Sequence record: PP886229
Origin: Escherichia phage vB_EcoM_E9
Direction: 5' to 3' (one strand)
DNA length: 64,000 nucleotides
A model generated the notes under the pieces. That model was not told the origin of the DNA. It saw only the letters and a list, made by a program, of their open reading frames with translations, and made no database searches. This document shows, piece by piece, positions 36,360-46,581 of this stretch. Positions within the stretch are counted from its first letter, which is position 1; each line of letters opens with the position of its first letter. The position numbers and the translations under genes are program-made.

Positions 36360-38594
36360 ATGATTAAGACAATTAAAAAATCAAACGGTACAGTAGTAAA
36401 CTTTGACCCAGAAAGACTGAATAAGTGGGCATCATGGGCAGACAAGCGTGGAATTATCTGGTCAGAAGTCACTATGGAAGCCATGAAGCGTGTCTATGAG
36501 GGTTGCACTACAAAAGAGATGCACCAAGCCATGATTGATGTTTGTGTTGATAAACAAACTCAAGAGTACTCAGATATGGCTGGACGGCTACTTCTAGGAA
36601 TTATCTACAAAGAAGCCTTTGGAGGCTTTACTAAGGTTCCTACGCTGGTTACCTTCGTTAAAAATATGGAGAGAGCAGGACTTTGGGAGAAGATGGACTA
36701 TTCTCAGGAAGAGCTTGAATACCTGCAAGGGTACATTGTGCACTCAAAAGATATCTCTTACGGTTATGCAGTCCTGAAACAGTTTAGAGACAAGTATGGT
36801 ATCCGTGATATTAAAACGGGAAGACTTTTTGAGTCACCGCAGTTTATGTTTATGGGTATGGCTATGAAAGCCTTCGAGAAGCAACCAAAGCACCGTAGAC
36901 TGCAAGATGTTATCAAGCTGTACACTTACCTATCTGACCTGAAGATTAATGCTCCTACGCCTTATCTGAATGGTTTAAGAGCTACTAAATCAGGTTATGC
37001 GTCATGCTGTTTGATTAAGGCAAATGATACTGCTGAATCACTTGGTATTGCTGCAAAGGTTGCTTATGATATGACTACAAAGCAAGCTGGTATTGGGATG
37101 CTGATGGAGACTCGTACTATTGGTGATGGTATCCGTCAAAATACTATTGAGCACATGGGTAAACTACCTTATTACAAGCTTGTACGTTCATCTGTAGAGG
37201 CAAACAAACAGAAGAGTCGTGGTGGTTCAGCTAACAACTTCTACACCGCTCTAGACCCGCAGATTGAAGATTTACTGCGTTTGAAGCACCCTACAACGGT
37301 TCCTTCGAAACGTATTAACGAGATGGACTACTCATTTGGTACAAATGATTATTTCTGGCAGTGTGTTCAATATGATACAGACTGGTTGCTATTCTCTTAC
37401 AAGGATGCGCCAAAACTCTATGACATGTTCTACACAGCATCTGCTGATGAGTTTGCTATGGCAGTTGGTCACGCAGTACATTCAGGTGTTAAGCACAGAC
37501 GAGTAAAGGCTCGTGAAATTGCTAAACTGTTTATCCAGCAGCGTTATGCAACAGGTCGTGTGTATCCATTCTTCACAAATAATGCAAACACACATACACC
37601 ATTTAAAGAGCCTTTGAAGATGTCAAATCTTTGTATGGAAATTGTGTTGCCAGTGTACGGCTTTGAGAAAGAGACAGACCTTTACAGAGATGATGCTGTG
37701 AAAGAGGATGGTGAGGTAGCTCTTTGCTTCCTAGCTAGTTTGGTTGCAGGGAGAATTTCAGAAGATGAATACGCTGACGTTGCTTATTATGCTCTTGCAA
37801 TGGTTGACTCCGTTATTGACCTTATGGATTATCCGTATCCGTCGATGCGTAACCATGTTCAGAAGCGTCGTTCTGTTGGTATTGGCCTTACAAATGTGGC
37901 TCATTACCTTGCAAAAAATTACGTGAACTACTCTTCAAGAGCAGGTAAGACGAAGCTTCATGAGCTTGCTGAAATGCACTCTTACTACTTACACGAAGCT
38001 TCTTTAAGACTTGCTAAAGAACGTGGTGTACCTGAGTATATGCAGTTCACTAAGTATCCTGAAGGTTGGGTTCCTCCGAAGACAGCTAACAGGAAGATTG
38101 ATGAGAAGCATGATGCAAAACTTCGTTATGATTGGGATGACTTAGCACAACGTATTAAAGAAAATGGTGGAATCCGTAACTCTGTATTAGAAGCTTACAT
38201 GCCTAATGAGAGTTCTTCACTGGCAACTAATACGACAAACGGCTTGTACCCAATTCGTGACTTTATTTTAACTAAAAAGTCTGCAACTGGTAACGTACTG
38301 TTTATTGTTCCAGATTACGAAGAGTTGAAGTATGTCTATGAAATTGCTTGGGATATTGATACCTTTGACCTGATTGATTGTTATGCAATTGTTCAAAAGT
38401 TCACTGGTCAAGCTATCTCTTCAGATTTCTATGTTGACTACGCAAAAGCTAAGAAGGTATCATTGTCTCAAGCTTTGAAGTACATGATTTATGCCAACTC
38501 AGTAGGTATGAAAACCATGTATTACCTTAACAGTCGCATTGGTGTAGGTAAATCTGCACTGCAAGATGCTTATTGCGAGGGTTGTGGTGTTTAG
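36360..38594 (+). CDS. nrdA: ribonucleotide reductase class Ia large subunit
   Basis: 744 aa; N-terminal ATP-cone-like region, active-site motif ..SNLCMEI.., C-terminal Cys pair ..CEGCGV. Confidence 0.85.
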   Translation: MIKTIKKSNGTVVNFDPERLNKWASWADKRGIIWSEVTMEAMKRVYEGCTTKEMHQAMIDVCVDKQTQEYSDMAGRLLLGIIYKEAFGGFTKVPTLVTFVKNMERAGLWEKMDYSQEELEYLQGYIVHSKDISYGYAVLKQFRDKYGIRDIKTGRLFESPQFMFMGMAMKAFEKQPKHRRLQDVIKLYTYLSDLKINAPTPYLNGLRATKSGYASCCLIKANDTAESLGIAAKVAYDMTTKQAGIGMLMETRTIGDGIRQNTIEHMGKLPYYKLVRSSVEANKQKSRGGSANNFYTALDPQIEDLLRLKHPTTVPSKRINEMDYSFGTNDYFWQCVQYDTDWLLFSYKDAPKLYDMFYTASADEFAMAVGHAVHSGVKHRRVKAREIAKLFIQQRYATGRVYPFFTNNANTHTPFKEPLKMSNLCMEIVLPVYGFEKETDLYRDDAVKEDGEVALCFLASLVAGRISEDEYADVAYYALAMVDSVIDLMDYPYPSMRNHVQKRRSVGIGLTNVAHYLAKNYVNYSSRAGKTKLHELAEMHSYYLHEASLRLAKERGVPEYMQFTKYPEGWVPPKTANRKIDEKHDAKLRYDWDDLAQRIKENGGIRNSVLEAYMPNESSSLATNTTNGLYPIRDFILTKKSATGNVLFIVPDYEELKYVYEIAWDIDTFDLIDCYAIVQKFTGQAISSDFYVDYAKAKKVSLSQALKYMIYANSVGMKTMYYLNSRIGVGKSALQDAYCEGCGV

Positions 38595-38649
38595 TTTTAA
38601 TAACTATGAGGGTCGTAAAAGACCCTCTAAAATTAACTTTGGAGGGTCT

Positions 38650-38919
38650 ATGAAAGATTTAATCAGAGAAGCAAGAAAGCAATTTGACAGCCCTTTGTAC
38701 TTACTATATAAACCACGCAACACCCTGTACTACATTAACAACTCACCAATAATGGTTAAACAGCCAGATGGTTCTTGGTCTGAAGGACTTCATTATATTG
38801 ATGTGAGAGATGGTAAAAATTATGTAAGGCCATTTGACCTGTTTAAAAAAGAAAAATGGGAAGTGCTTGGTAAGCCACAAGCCTTAGAGATGATAAAGAA
38901 AGGAGAAATCACACTATGA
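38650..38919 (+). CDS. hypothetical small protein
   Basis: Start trimmed to ATG 38650 (MKDLIRE..) downstream of nrdA stop. Confidence 0.3.
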   Translation: MKDLIREARKQFDSPLYLLYKPRNTLYYINNSPIMVKQPDGSWSEGLHYIDVRDGKNYVRPFDLFKKEKWEVLGKPQALEMIKKGEITL

Positions 38920-39989
38920 TTAACCAACACCCAATCTTTTTAGGTGGTGAGAGAAAGACGTTTGACTCACTTAATAAACACTACCCAAAAATCTTTGAAC
39001 TATATAAACAACAAAAAGCACAAGACTGGTCAGAAGATGAGTTCCCTTTTGAACAATCACGTCTTGATTTTGAGAGTGTACCAGCATCAATGTCAGGTGT
39101 AATGCTTGAGATTCTTAAGTGGCAGTGGGAAGCAGATACCCAAGTTGCTAAGAGTTTAGCATTTTCCTTTGCACCATTCATCTCTGATGACATTTATGCA
39201 ACTGCAATTGTGAAGCAGACTGAGATTGAAAACCTACACGCTCTCACTTACTCGGAGATTGTAAGGCAATGTATTAAAAATCCTGAAACAATCTTAGATG
39301 AGATTAACCAGAACATTGCTGTACAAGACCGATTAAAAACTGTGAACCGTGTTCTTGAAGAATTGCTGGACGAAGGTATAAACTATCGGCTGAGTTATGT
39401 CCGTGACTCACTTCTGGATAAAGACCCTTTACACTTCCATAAAGTAATTCTAAAAGGTCTATTTGCAGTTACTGCACTTGAAGGTATTTCTTTTATGGCA
39501 TCCTTTGCATGTACTTTTGCACTTGATGCTCAAGATAAATTTCAAGGTATTGCTCAAGCTGTCCAGAAAATTATGCTTGATGAAATCCTTCACACTAAAA
39601 TTGATATTGAAGTTTTAAAAGAAACTTTAAGAGATGATGGGTGGCAAAAAGCTTTCCAACAAATTCTTCCAGAGATTAAAGTAATCTTAGATGAAGTAGT
39701 TGAAAGTGAAGAGAAATGGTCGTATTATATCTTCTCCGAAGGACGTGCTGTAGTTGGGTTAAATACAAAGCTTCTTCATGAGTGGGTTTACTATAATGCT
39801 GCCCCACTGTATGATATGTTTGGCATTCCCAGAGATTTTGTAGCTCCTAAAGAACCACCTTTGAAGTATATGATTAAGAAGATGGAAATTGATAAAGAGC
39901 AGAATGCTAATCAGGAGCAACAGAACGGTGCGTATTTATTGAATACTGTTGTAGATGATTTGAATAGTGGATTTTTAGAGGTTCATTAA
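38916..39989 (+). CDS. nrdB: ribonucleotide reductase class Ia small subunit
   Basis: 357 aa ORF in nrdA-nrdB-glutaredoxin synteny; motifs not individually verified. Confidence 0.7.
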   Translation: MINQHPIFLGGERKTFDSLNKHYPKIFELYKQQKAQDWSEDEFPFEQSRLDFESVPASMSGVMLEILKWQWEADTQVAKSLAFSFAPFISDDIYATAIVKQTEIENLHALTYSEIVRQCIKNPETILDEINQNIAVQDRLKTVNRVLEELLDEGINYRLSYVRDSLLDKDPLHFHKVILKGLFAVTALEGISFMASFACTFALDAQDKFQGIAQAVQKIMLDEILHTKIDIEVLKETLRDDGWQKAFQQILPEIKVILDEVVESEEKWSYYIFSEGRAVVGLNTKLLHEWVYYNAAPLYDMFGIPRDFVAPKEPPLKYMIKKMEIDKEQNANQEQQNGAYLLNTVVDDLNSGFLEVH

Positions 39990-40231
39990 TGACTTATGTA
40001 ATTTACTCCAAAACTGGATGCCCTCAGTGTGAGACTGCAAAGAATTTTGCGAAAGCTCGTGGTATTGACCATGTTGTGAGAATGTTAGGGCAGGATTATG
40101 AACTGTCAGACCTGATGGATATTGCACAGATGCCAGTTCGTCAGATGCCATTCATCATGAAAACTGACGGTCAAAACCTAAAACCTGTTGGAACGCTACA
40201 GAATTTTATGGCAGAGGTGAACAATGCTTAA
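39989..40231 (+). CDS. glutaredoxin/NrdH-like redoxin
   Basis: 80 aa with CPQC active-site motif near N-terminus, coupled to nrdB. Confidence 0.6.
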   Translation: MTYVIYSKTGCPQCETAKNFAKARGIDHVVRMLGQDYELSDLMDIAQMPVRQMPFIMKTDGQNLKPVGTLQNFMAEVNNA

Positions 40232-40430
40232 ACGCCTTTGGGAAGGTTTGGTTGTTGATGCACCAGCTATTGTGATTGGTATGCTTGTTGTTAACCTATT
40301 TACTGATTTTGAACAAGGTTCATTGTTTGGAGCCATGTTACTATGGGTTATCTTTGAAATATTAGAGATACAGCTAGGCATTACTGAAAAACTAAGAAAA
40401 CTTGTTTCGAAGTTTTCTAAAAAGATTTAA
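40224..40430 (+). CDS. small membrane protein
   Basis: 68 aa, two hydrophobic segments. Confidence 0.3.
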   Translation: MLKRLWEGLVVDAPAIVIGMLVVNLFTDFEQGSLFGAMLLWVIFEILEIQLGITEKLRKLVSKFSKKI

Positions 40431-40437
40431 AATGAAA

Positions 40438-40460
40438 GGGTCTCTTCGGAGACCTTTTTA
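40438..40460 (+). terminator. rho-independent terminator
   Basis: GGGTCTC-ttcg-GAGACC followed by TTTTT. Confidence 0.6.
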
Positions 40461-40478
40461 GCATGTAAAGGGGCAATA

Positions 40479-42623
40479 ATGAACAAAGTACAGATTATTA
40501 AAAAGAATGGCTCACTTGAAGAACCTGATATCAAAAAAGTTTTAGCAGCAGTAACTAAGTCAGCTAACAGGGTTGGATATAAAGAACTCCCACCAGATGT
40601 TACCCAAGCTCTTGAGTCAGCATTTATGAGGATTCTGGTAAAGTCCACTAAGCAGAATAATTTGCTCATCTCGGTAAATGATATTCACAGCATCGTTGAA
40701 GGTGCTTTGGCAGAAGTTAATCACGAGATTTATGAGTCTTACTCAACATACAGAAATTACCGTAAAGAGGTTGCTCAAAATTGGGATGAGCTTTACCAAA
40801 AGACCAGAGACACACTCTTCTTAGGTGACCGTGAAAATGCTAACTTTGACAGTAGTTTAATTTCTACAAAAGGTTCAATTATTCGTGGTTATCTGACTAA
40901 AGAAATCTTTAAACAGTACCATTTAACACCAGAGGAACTCGAAGCCATTGAAAAAGGGTTTATCTACATACATGACTTAAGAGACCTAATTTTTGGTGGG
41001 ATTAACTGTTGCCTGTTTGACATTGGTAAAGTACTGAAAGGCGGCTTTGAAATGTCTGGCATCGAATACTGTGAACCAAAATCTGTACTGTCAGCCTTAC
41101 AAGTTATTGGTGATGTAGTTCTTTCAGCAACTGCACAGCAATTTGGTGGTTTTACTTTAGCAGAGATTGATAAGGTGCTTGTACCGTATGCTAAGAAGTC
41201 TCTACGCTATCATGCTGAGAAAGCAGCATCTTATGGTATTCCTAAAGAACATTACCATAACTATGTCATGGAGCAGCTACAGATTGAATTAACTCAAGGC
41301 TTCCAGTCACTAGAGATGAAACTAAATACTGTACCTTGCAGCCGTGGTGATTTTGCATTCACAACTTTAACATTTGGTTTACTTGACTCAGACATGTCTA
41401 ATGAAGACAACCGACTACAATACATGATTGCAAACACTATTCTTGATGTTCGCATGAATGGACAAGGTAAGAGTAAGAAGCCTGTTGTATTCCCTAAGCT
41501 GGTTTATATTCATGACCAGAAGAGACACGATGAGAATATCTGTCAAGGTCAACTGTACAGTAAAGCTATTGAGTGTTGCTCTAAAGCTATGTATCCAGAT
41601 TTCTTAAGTGTATCTGGTCATGGTGCTGTAGCAGAGGCTTTTGAGCGTTCTGGCAAGGTAATTTCACCGATGGGTTGCAGAGCTTTCTTATCCCCATATC
41701 TTAACGAGAATGGAGAAGAGTTCTACGTTGGTCGTGCTAACATTGGTGCTGTATCTTTGAACTTACCAATGATTTACCAGTATTCTAAAGAGAATGGCTT
41801 AGATTTCTGGAAAGAGCTTGATAAGTACCTAGAGATGATTCGCAGCTTCCACAAGAAACGCTACGAAATGATTGCTAATATGCCAGCAAGCTCTAACCCT
41901 CTTGCATTCACACAAGGTGGTCTGTACAAAGGGACTAAGAAACCTACTGACAAGGTTGGCTGGGATATTGTGAAGTCTTTCACAGCTTCTTTTGGGGTTA
42001 CTGCGCTTGATGAGTTATCTGTTCTTGCTGAGGGTAAACGACTTCATGAAGCTGGAAGCTATAGTTTTGCATACGATGTTCTGGCATACATTAACATGAA
42101 AACTGAAGAGTTTAAAAATGAAGATGGCTTCTTATATGCTGTCTATGGTACTCCAGCAGAATCACTTTGTGGAACTCAGCTAAAACAGTTCAGAGATATG
42201 TTTGGCGTTATTAAAGGCGTTTCTGACAAGGAATACTTTACAAACAGTTTCCACATGAATGTTGCAGCAGACATCTCACCATTTGAGAAGCAGGACTTAG
42301 AAGAGCCATTCTTCCATATCTGTAGAGGCGGTAGAATCCAGTATGTAAGGGTAGCTAACCCAGAAAACTTAACAGCACTTAAAAGTTGTATTACAAGAGG
42401 GATGTTGAAAGGTTTTTATCAGGGACTTAACTTTGACTTAGCAATCTGTGAACATTGTGGTAACAGACCAAAGGCTGATGTTGAAGAATGTGAGGTTTGC
42501 CATTCACATGATATCTCTGTGATTAACAGGGTGTGTGGGTATCTTGGATGGACTAAGATTAAAGGCGAATCCCGAATGAACGATGCAAAAATTGCTGAGA
42601 TTCGTGACAGAGTTTCTATGTAA
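40479..42623 (+). CDS. nrdD: anaerobic ribonucleoside-triphosphate reductase
   Basis: 714 aa; C-terminal zinc ribbon CEHCG...CEVCHS and glycyl-radical motif ..RVCGYLG.. Confidence 0.85.
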   Translation: MNKVQIIKKNGSLEEPDIKKVLAAVTKSANRVGYKELPPDVTQALESAFMRILVKSTKQNNLLISVNDIHSIVEGALAEVNHEIYESYSTYRNYRKEVAQNWDELYQKTRDTLFLGDRENANFDSSLISTKGSIIRGYLTKEIFKQYHLTPEELEAIEKGFIYIHDLRDLIFGGINCCLFDIGKVLKGGFEMSGIEYCEPKSVLSALQVIGDVVLSATAQQFGGFTLAEIDKVLVPYAKKSLRYHAEKAASYGIPKEHYHNYVMEQLQIELTQGFQSLEMKLNTVPCSRGDFAFTTLTFGLLDSDMSNEDNRLQYMIANTILDVRMNGQGKSKKPVVFPKLVYIHDQKRHDENICQGQLYSKAIECCSKAMYPDFLSVSGHGAVAEAFERSGKVISPMGCRAFLSPYLNENGEEFYVGRANIGAVSLNLPMIYQYSKENGLDFWKELDKYLEMIRSFHKKRYEMIANMPASSNPLAFTQGGLYKGTKKPTDKVGWDIVKSFTASFGVTALDELSVLAEGKRLHEAGSYSFAYDVLAYINMKTEEFKNEDGFLYAVYGTPAESLCGTQLKQFRDMFGVIKGVSDKEYFTNSFHMNVAADISPFEKQDLEEPFFHICRGGRIQYVRVANPENLTALKSCITRGMLKGFYQGLNFDLAICEHCGNRPKADVEECEVCHSHDISVINRVCGYLGWTKIKGESRMNDAKIAEIRDRVSM

Positions 42624-42631
42624 AACTTGAC

Positions 42632-42680
42632 AAGGTGATGTGGGTCTTGATAGGCTTACATCACCTTTTTTTATTGGATG
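42632..42680 (+). terminator. rho-independent terminator after nrdD
   Basis: AAGGTGATGTG...ACATCACCTT stem followed by TTTTTTT. Confidence 0.6.
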
Positions 42681-42778
42681 TTAGACATGGCAGAGAGTAT
42701 TATTGGGTTGTTCATAGGTTCTGTCTTACTAGGGTTCTTTTTAGGACTCTCTTATTGTGGATTGAGAGATAAGTTAAA

Positions 42779-42979
42779 ATGTTTAAAATACCAAAAACGT
42801 TGATATACATACTCCATATTCTAATCTTCTTCTTTGGGGTTAGTGTTATGGTATGGGGTTTTTCAGACCCACAATGGGGTTTCTCATATCATGGTCAGAT
42901 GGATTTATGGTCATGCTTCAAACCATTTTTAGGGTTAGCTATAGCATTCAGCGCATTGCCAACTAAGGTGAAATTATGA
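42779..42979 (+). CDS. small membrane protein
   Basis: 66 aa with hydrophobic helices (IYILHILIFFFGVSVMVWGF). Confidence 0.3.
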   Translation: MFKIPKTLIYILHILIFFFGVSVMVWGFSDPQWGFSYHGQMDLWSCFKPFLGLAIAFSALPTKVKL

Positions 42980-43371
42980 TTAAGTTGAACCAAAAACAGT
43001 TAGAGTGGATTAAAGATTACGCTTCAGAGTGTGGCTCTTGTGAAAAGAATCACGTAAGATACTCAACATTCCGCACGACCTTTACATTGTACATCAGTGA
43101 CAACGTTCTAAGTGATTCCGTAGAAGATGGTGCAGCGTTGCCTAATGAGTTGCTTGACAAATTAGTTGTAGTCACTGGAACCTGGTCTGAAGAAGACGGT
43201 CACGAATTATCTAACGATGTTGTCTTCTACAGTATTGAAAACATTATGAATCCAGAGTACATTATGTTAATGACTTGTGCACAAGACTGTGTGCCATTGC
43301 AAAACTTCATTAAAGAGCACTGTGAAGAGTTTATTACTAAACTGGTTCCTTATCAGGTGGTGTTTGAATGA
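42976..43371 (+). CDS. hypothetical protein
   Basis: 131 aa ORF between nrdD and nrdG. Confidence 0.3.
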   Translation: MIKLNQKQLEWIKDYASECGSCEKNHVRYSTFRTTFTLYISDNVLSDSVEDGAALPNELLDKLVVVTGTWSEEDGHELSNDVVFYSIENIMNPEYIMLMTCAQDCVPLQNFIKEHCEEFITKLVPYQVVFE

Positions 43372-43430
43372 GTAAAACAATTCGAAGAAAAGGTTTAAAT
43401 AATATTTATATGTATTGGTGAGGTGACTAG

Positions 43431-43916
43431 ATGAATTACATGGAGATTAGACCATTTGACACAGCCAATGGCGAAGGGGTTCGTGTAAGCCTCTTTGTAG
43501 CTGGTTGTAAGCATCACTGTGAAGGCTGCTTTAACAGGGAGTCTTGGAAGTTTAATGCTGGTAAAGTGTTTACTTATGCAAACCTCTACGGCATTATTAA
43601 GTTAATGGATGATGAGGCCATCAGTGGGTTGTCAATACTTGGTGGAGAACCTCTGGATGATAGAAATATTCAAGAGGTTACCAACATATGCAAACGTATT
43701 AAAACTGTTTACCCAGAAAAATCTATCTGGCTCTGGACAGGTTTTCAGTTACACGAAAAAATCCACCTAGATGTGATGAAATATGTTGACGTGGTGGTTG
43801 ATGGTAAGTATGATTCATCTAAACCAACAGTTAAACCATATCGTGGTTCTGATAACCAAAACCTCTGGAGAAAAGAGTATGGGTGGCAAGGTGATTGTCA
43901 ATGGCGAGCAGAATAA
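43431..43916 (+). CDS. nrdG: anaerobic ribonucleotide reductase activating protein (radical SAM)
   Basis: ..GCKHHCEGCFN.. Cys cluster near N-terminus, 161 aa, downstream of nrdD. Confidence 0.8.
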   Translation: MNYMEIRPFDTANGEGVRVSLFVAGCKHHCEGCFNRESWKFNAGKVFTYANLYGIIKLMDDEAISGLSILGGEPLDDRNIQEVTNICKRIKTVYPEKSIWLWTGFQLHEKIHLDVMKYVDVVVDGKYDSSKPTVKPYRGSDNQNLWRKEYGWQGDCQWRAE

Positions 43917-43953
43917 ATCTCGCCGTAAAATTGGCTACGGAAAAGGTGAGATA

Positions 43954-44247
43954 ATGATTATCTCTTTCAACAGTGCCCTATTAGGCACTTATAAGGTTAA
44001 GACCGAACTCCTTGATGAGTGGAAAAAGTATACAAACTCACTCTTCGGTAATGTTGGAATGGAAGCCTTAGCAGAGATTGAGAAGGCTGGAACATTTGAA
44101 GTGATTGGTAAAGGCCACTTTACAATGTTCTATAGAACAAATTTAAACGTTGGTGACAGTGTTGTTGGTGTCACTGAAGAAGAACTTAAAACATTTTGTG
44201 AAAAGATTGAGAGAGAGATAAGAAATGGGAATCTGGAACAGTTTTAA
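43954..44247 (+). CDS. hypothetical protein
   Basis: Track ORF 43783..44247 overlaps nrdG; start trimmed to ATG 43954 with RBS aaggtgag. Confidence 0.3.
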   Translation: MIISFNSALLGTYKVKTELLDEWKKYTNSLFGNVGMEALAEIEKAGTFEVIGKGHFTMFYRTNLNVGDSVVGVTEEELKTFCEKIEREIRNGNLEQF

Positions 44248-44482
44248 ATCAAAAGTAAAAGCAGCACTGGCATCACTAGGTATGCTCACTGGTGTTGATG
44301 TGACTCATCTCATGCAGAACTTCAAGATGGATGAGAAGTTGGCTAATGAGATTATGAAAAGTATCTATGTAGGCCGTGGTAAAGGTGGTAAGAAACAAGC
44401 ACATCGACCAACTGGTGCAGCAGCTATTAAACGGGCAGCTAAAAAAGCTCGTAACCGTAAACGTAATAAGAAGGCTAAATAA
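44225..44482 (+). CDS. small protein with Lys/Arg-rich C-terminal tail
   Basis: 85 aa ending ..GKGGKKQAHRPTGAAAIKRAAKKARNRKRNKKAK. Confidence 0.35.
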   Translation: MGIWNSFKSKVKAALASLGMLTGVDVTHLMQNFKMDEKLANEIMKSIYVGRGKGGKKQAHRPTGAAAIKRAAKKARNRKRNKKAK

Positions 44483-44484
44483 TC

Positions 44485-44805
44485 ATGAGCAAAGTTTATA
44501 ACACTCGTAAATTACAAATTTTCGTACTGTGCCAGTTTATGGCTAAAGAGTATAACTACTACTACTGTGGTACAGGGTTCATTAGTGACAATGACGGCTC
44601 ATATCTACCATTCAAAGAGGCTGTAAAACTCTTCAATGAAGAAGTAAGCTCTAAGAAAGATATCGAAAAGGTTAAGCTAACCTACAGTAAGAAAGATAAG
44701 AAGATTATCTGCCTAGATAACTTTGTAAAAGTTACTGGAGAAGCAAAAGAGTTTATGGATGAGAGTGAGATTTCATTCACAAGCATCTTGAAAGTAGCTC
44801 AGTAA
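44485..44805 (+). CDS. hypothetical protein
   Basis: 106 aa ORF followed by a terminator. Confidence 0.3.
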   Translation: MSKVYNTRKLQIFVLCQFMAKEYNYYYCGTGFISDNDGSYLPFKEAVKLFNEEVSSKKDIEKVKLTYSKKDKKIICLDNFVKVTGEAKEFMDESEISFTSILKVAQ

Positions 44806-44817
44806 ACAGATACTATA

Positions 44818-44842
44818 AGGGAACTGTAAAGGTTCCCTTTTT
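44818..44842 (+). terminator. rho-independent terminator
   Basis: GGGAAC-tgtaaa-GGTTCCC followed by TTTTT. Confidence 0.6.
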
Positions 44843-44856
44843 ATTTTGGAGATAAC

Positions 44857-45372
44857 ATGTATCTGTCAAATCTGAAACGTTCGGCTACAATGTCAGTGCT
44901 AAGACTCAGCTTTGAGGAACGTCAAGAGTTCATTGACTCCCACCAATACGACCCTTCTAACTCCAATCACATGATTCTCTGGAATCGTGATAGTACTCGT
45001 GAAAGAGCACTATTCCTCTATTACCCACACTACACCATAGACAACCTGTATGAATGTTTTGTTGTGAAGAACACCATTACAGTGCTCAATAAACTTTGTA
45101 GATACACAGGTAACCAGTCCTTCACATTAGGTCACCACAAACCTGTTACAAAAGGTGGCGAACATCACTGCGCAAACTGGTTTATCCAGACTAAACTTGA
45201 TAACCAGAAGCAAGGCGATAGTCTTCTAAGTACTCCTAAGATGACCTATGAAGAGCAAGAGAGATATATCAAAAATAATATGCCAGATGTGCTTGACAAC
45301 AACTATACAGATTTGGCAATATCTCTCCTGTTGAAGTTCGAGACAGTTTATAGGGCAACTTACAATGGCTAA
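44857..45372 (+). CDS. putative HNH endonuclease
   Basis: ..LGHHKPVTKGGEHHCANWFIQTKLDNQKQG.. fits an HNH beta-beta-alpha core (His pair, GG, Asn). Confidence 0.4.
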   Translation: MYLSNLKRSATMSVLRLSFEERQEFIDSHQYDPSNSNHMILWNRDSTRERALFLYYPHYTIDNLYECFVVKNTITVLNKLCRYTGNQSFTLGHHKPVTKGGEHHCANWFIQTKLDNQKQGDSLLSTPKMTYEEQERYIKNNMPDVLDNNYTDLAISLLLKFETVYRATYNG

Positions 45373-45643
45373 AGAGAAGTGGGAGATTTTACCACTAGTC
45401 AGTGAGGGTGGTAATGGTTGTGAAATGTACATGATACGTGGTCATGTCCCAGAACCAATTGCACTTGAGATGGTGAACAATTTTACAGATGGCTCTTACA
45501 AAGACTTAGGAGAACCAACTGTCAAGCAACAATGGGTTAAACCTGTACCAGACAGCACAGGTAACTGTAGTGTACTTTATCACGTTGTAGACCCTGCAAA
45601 ATGCAAATCTGCAATGGCAGTAACAAACGTAACTTTTGATTGA
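45365..45643 (+). CDS. hypothetical protein
   Basis: 92 aa ORF. Confidence 0.3.
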   Translation: MAKEKWEILPLVSEGGNGCEMYMIRGHVPEPIALEMVNNFTDGSYKDLGEPTVKQQWVKPVPDSTGNCSVLYHVVDPAKCKSAMAVTNVTFD

Positions 45644-46536
45644 GAGAGAAAATTATGAAAACTATTATTGAAGCCGTTGTCACCGCACAAGAGAAATTCT
45701 TCCACACAGAAAAATTTAATATCATCCAATTTCCATCTGGAGAAATTGGTGGAAACTTCTCTGAAGACTTTGTTAAGTTTACTGAGCGTAATGCTGGTAA
45801 GATTGACAATGTTATATTGACTGTGCAGGGATATGATAAAGATACACTGTTTGCATTAGCTTTGGCTAAGGATGCCGTTGACAGTCTTGTTCCATACAAA
45901 TCAGCGATGAAAACCGTTGTTTTCGGGTTCTTACCAAATGCTCGATATGACCGACATATGTTCAAAGGTGATTCAGCAGCACTGAAAGCTTTTGCCAACC
46001 TCGTTAATGCAATGGGCTTTGATGCAGTGTGTGCTCTTGACCCTCACAGTAATGTGGCAGAAAACTTATTCAAGTGCTTTCAGAGCATGAAGCAAAAAGA
46101 TGTAGCAGCACACTTTGCAAGTGACCCACGCATTGATTTCTTGGTAGCCCCAGATGCAGGTGCAGCTAAGAAGACTGAAGAGACTGCTAAAGAGGTAGAT
46201 AAGCCATACATCACAATGTCTAAAGTACGTAACCTTAAGACTGGTGAAATTACTGGTATGCGAATCCTTGATGATGTTGATTTGACAGATAAAACCGTCA
46301 TGATTCTTGATGATATTTGCGATGGGGGCCGAACCTTCATAGAAGCAGCTAAACATCTTCGTGAAGCAGGTGCAAAACGTGTGGAACTCTATGTAACTCA
46401 TGGTATTTTCTCTAAAGGTGTTGAAAGCTTACTTGACAATGGTATTGACCATATCTACACTACAAACACTTTAGGTGAAGCTAAAGACCGTGGCTTAACA
46501 CATTATGGTCAGGTTACTGTAGCAACAATTGATTAA
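45640..46536 (+). CDS. ribose-phosphate pyrophosphokinase family protein (Prs-like; candidate ADP-ribose pyrophosphokinase)
   Basis: 298 aa with phosphoribosyl-binding loop ..VMILDDICDGGRTF..; immediately upstream of a NAMPT-like gene. Confidence 0.65.
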   Translation: MREKIMKTIIEAVVTAQEKFFHTEKFNIIQFPSGEIGGNFSEDFVKFTERNAGKIDNVILTVQGYDKDTLFALALAKDAVDSLVPYKSAMKTVVFGFLPNARYDRHMFKGDSAALKAFANLVNAMGFDAVCALDPHSNVAENLFKCFQSMKQKDVAAHFASDPRIDFLVAPDAGAAKKTEETAKEVDKPYITMSKVRNLKTGEITGMRILDDVDLTDKTVMILDDICDGGRTFIEAAKHLREAGAKRVELYVTHGIFSKGVESLLDNGIDHIYTTNTLGEAKDRGLTHYGQVTVATID

Positions 46537-46545
46537 AACTTTATA

Positions 46546-46568
46546 GGGGCTTGTAAGCCCCATTTTGA
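46546..46568 (+). terminator. hairpin terminator/attenuator
   Basis: GGGGCTT-gt-AAGCCCC followed by ATTTTG. Confidence 0.4.
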
Positions 46569-46581
46569 GAGAGATTAAAAG

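Noticed and set aside
43783-44247. Long form of ORF overlapping nrdG
   Set aside because: First 130 nt overlap the nrdG coding region in another frame; downstream ATG at 43954 has an RBS, so the overlap is probably a six-frame artefact.
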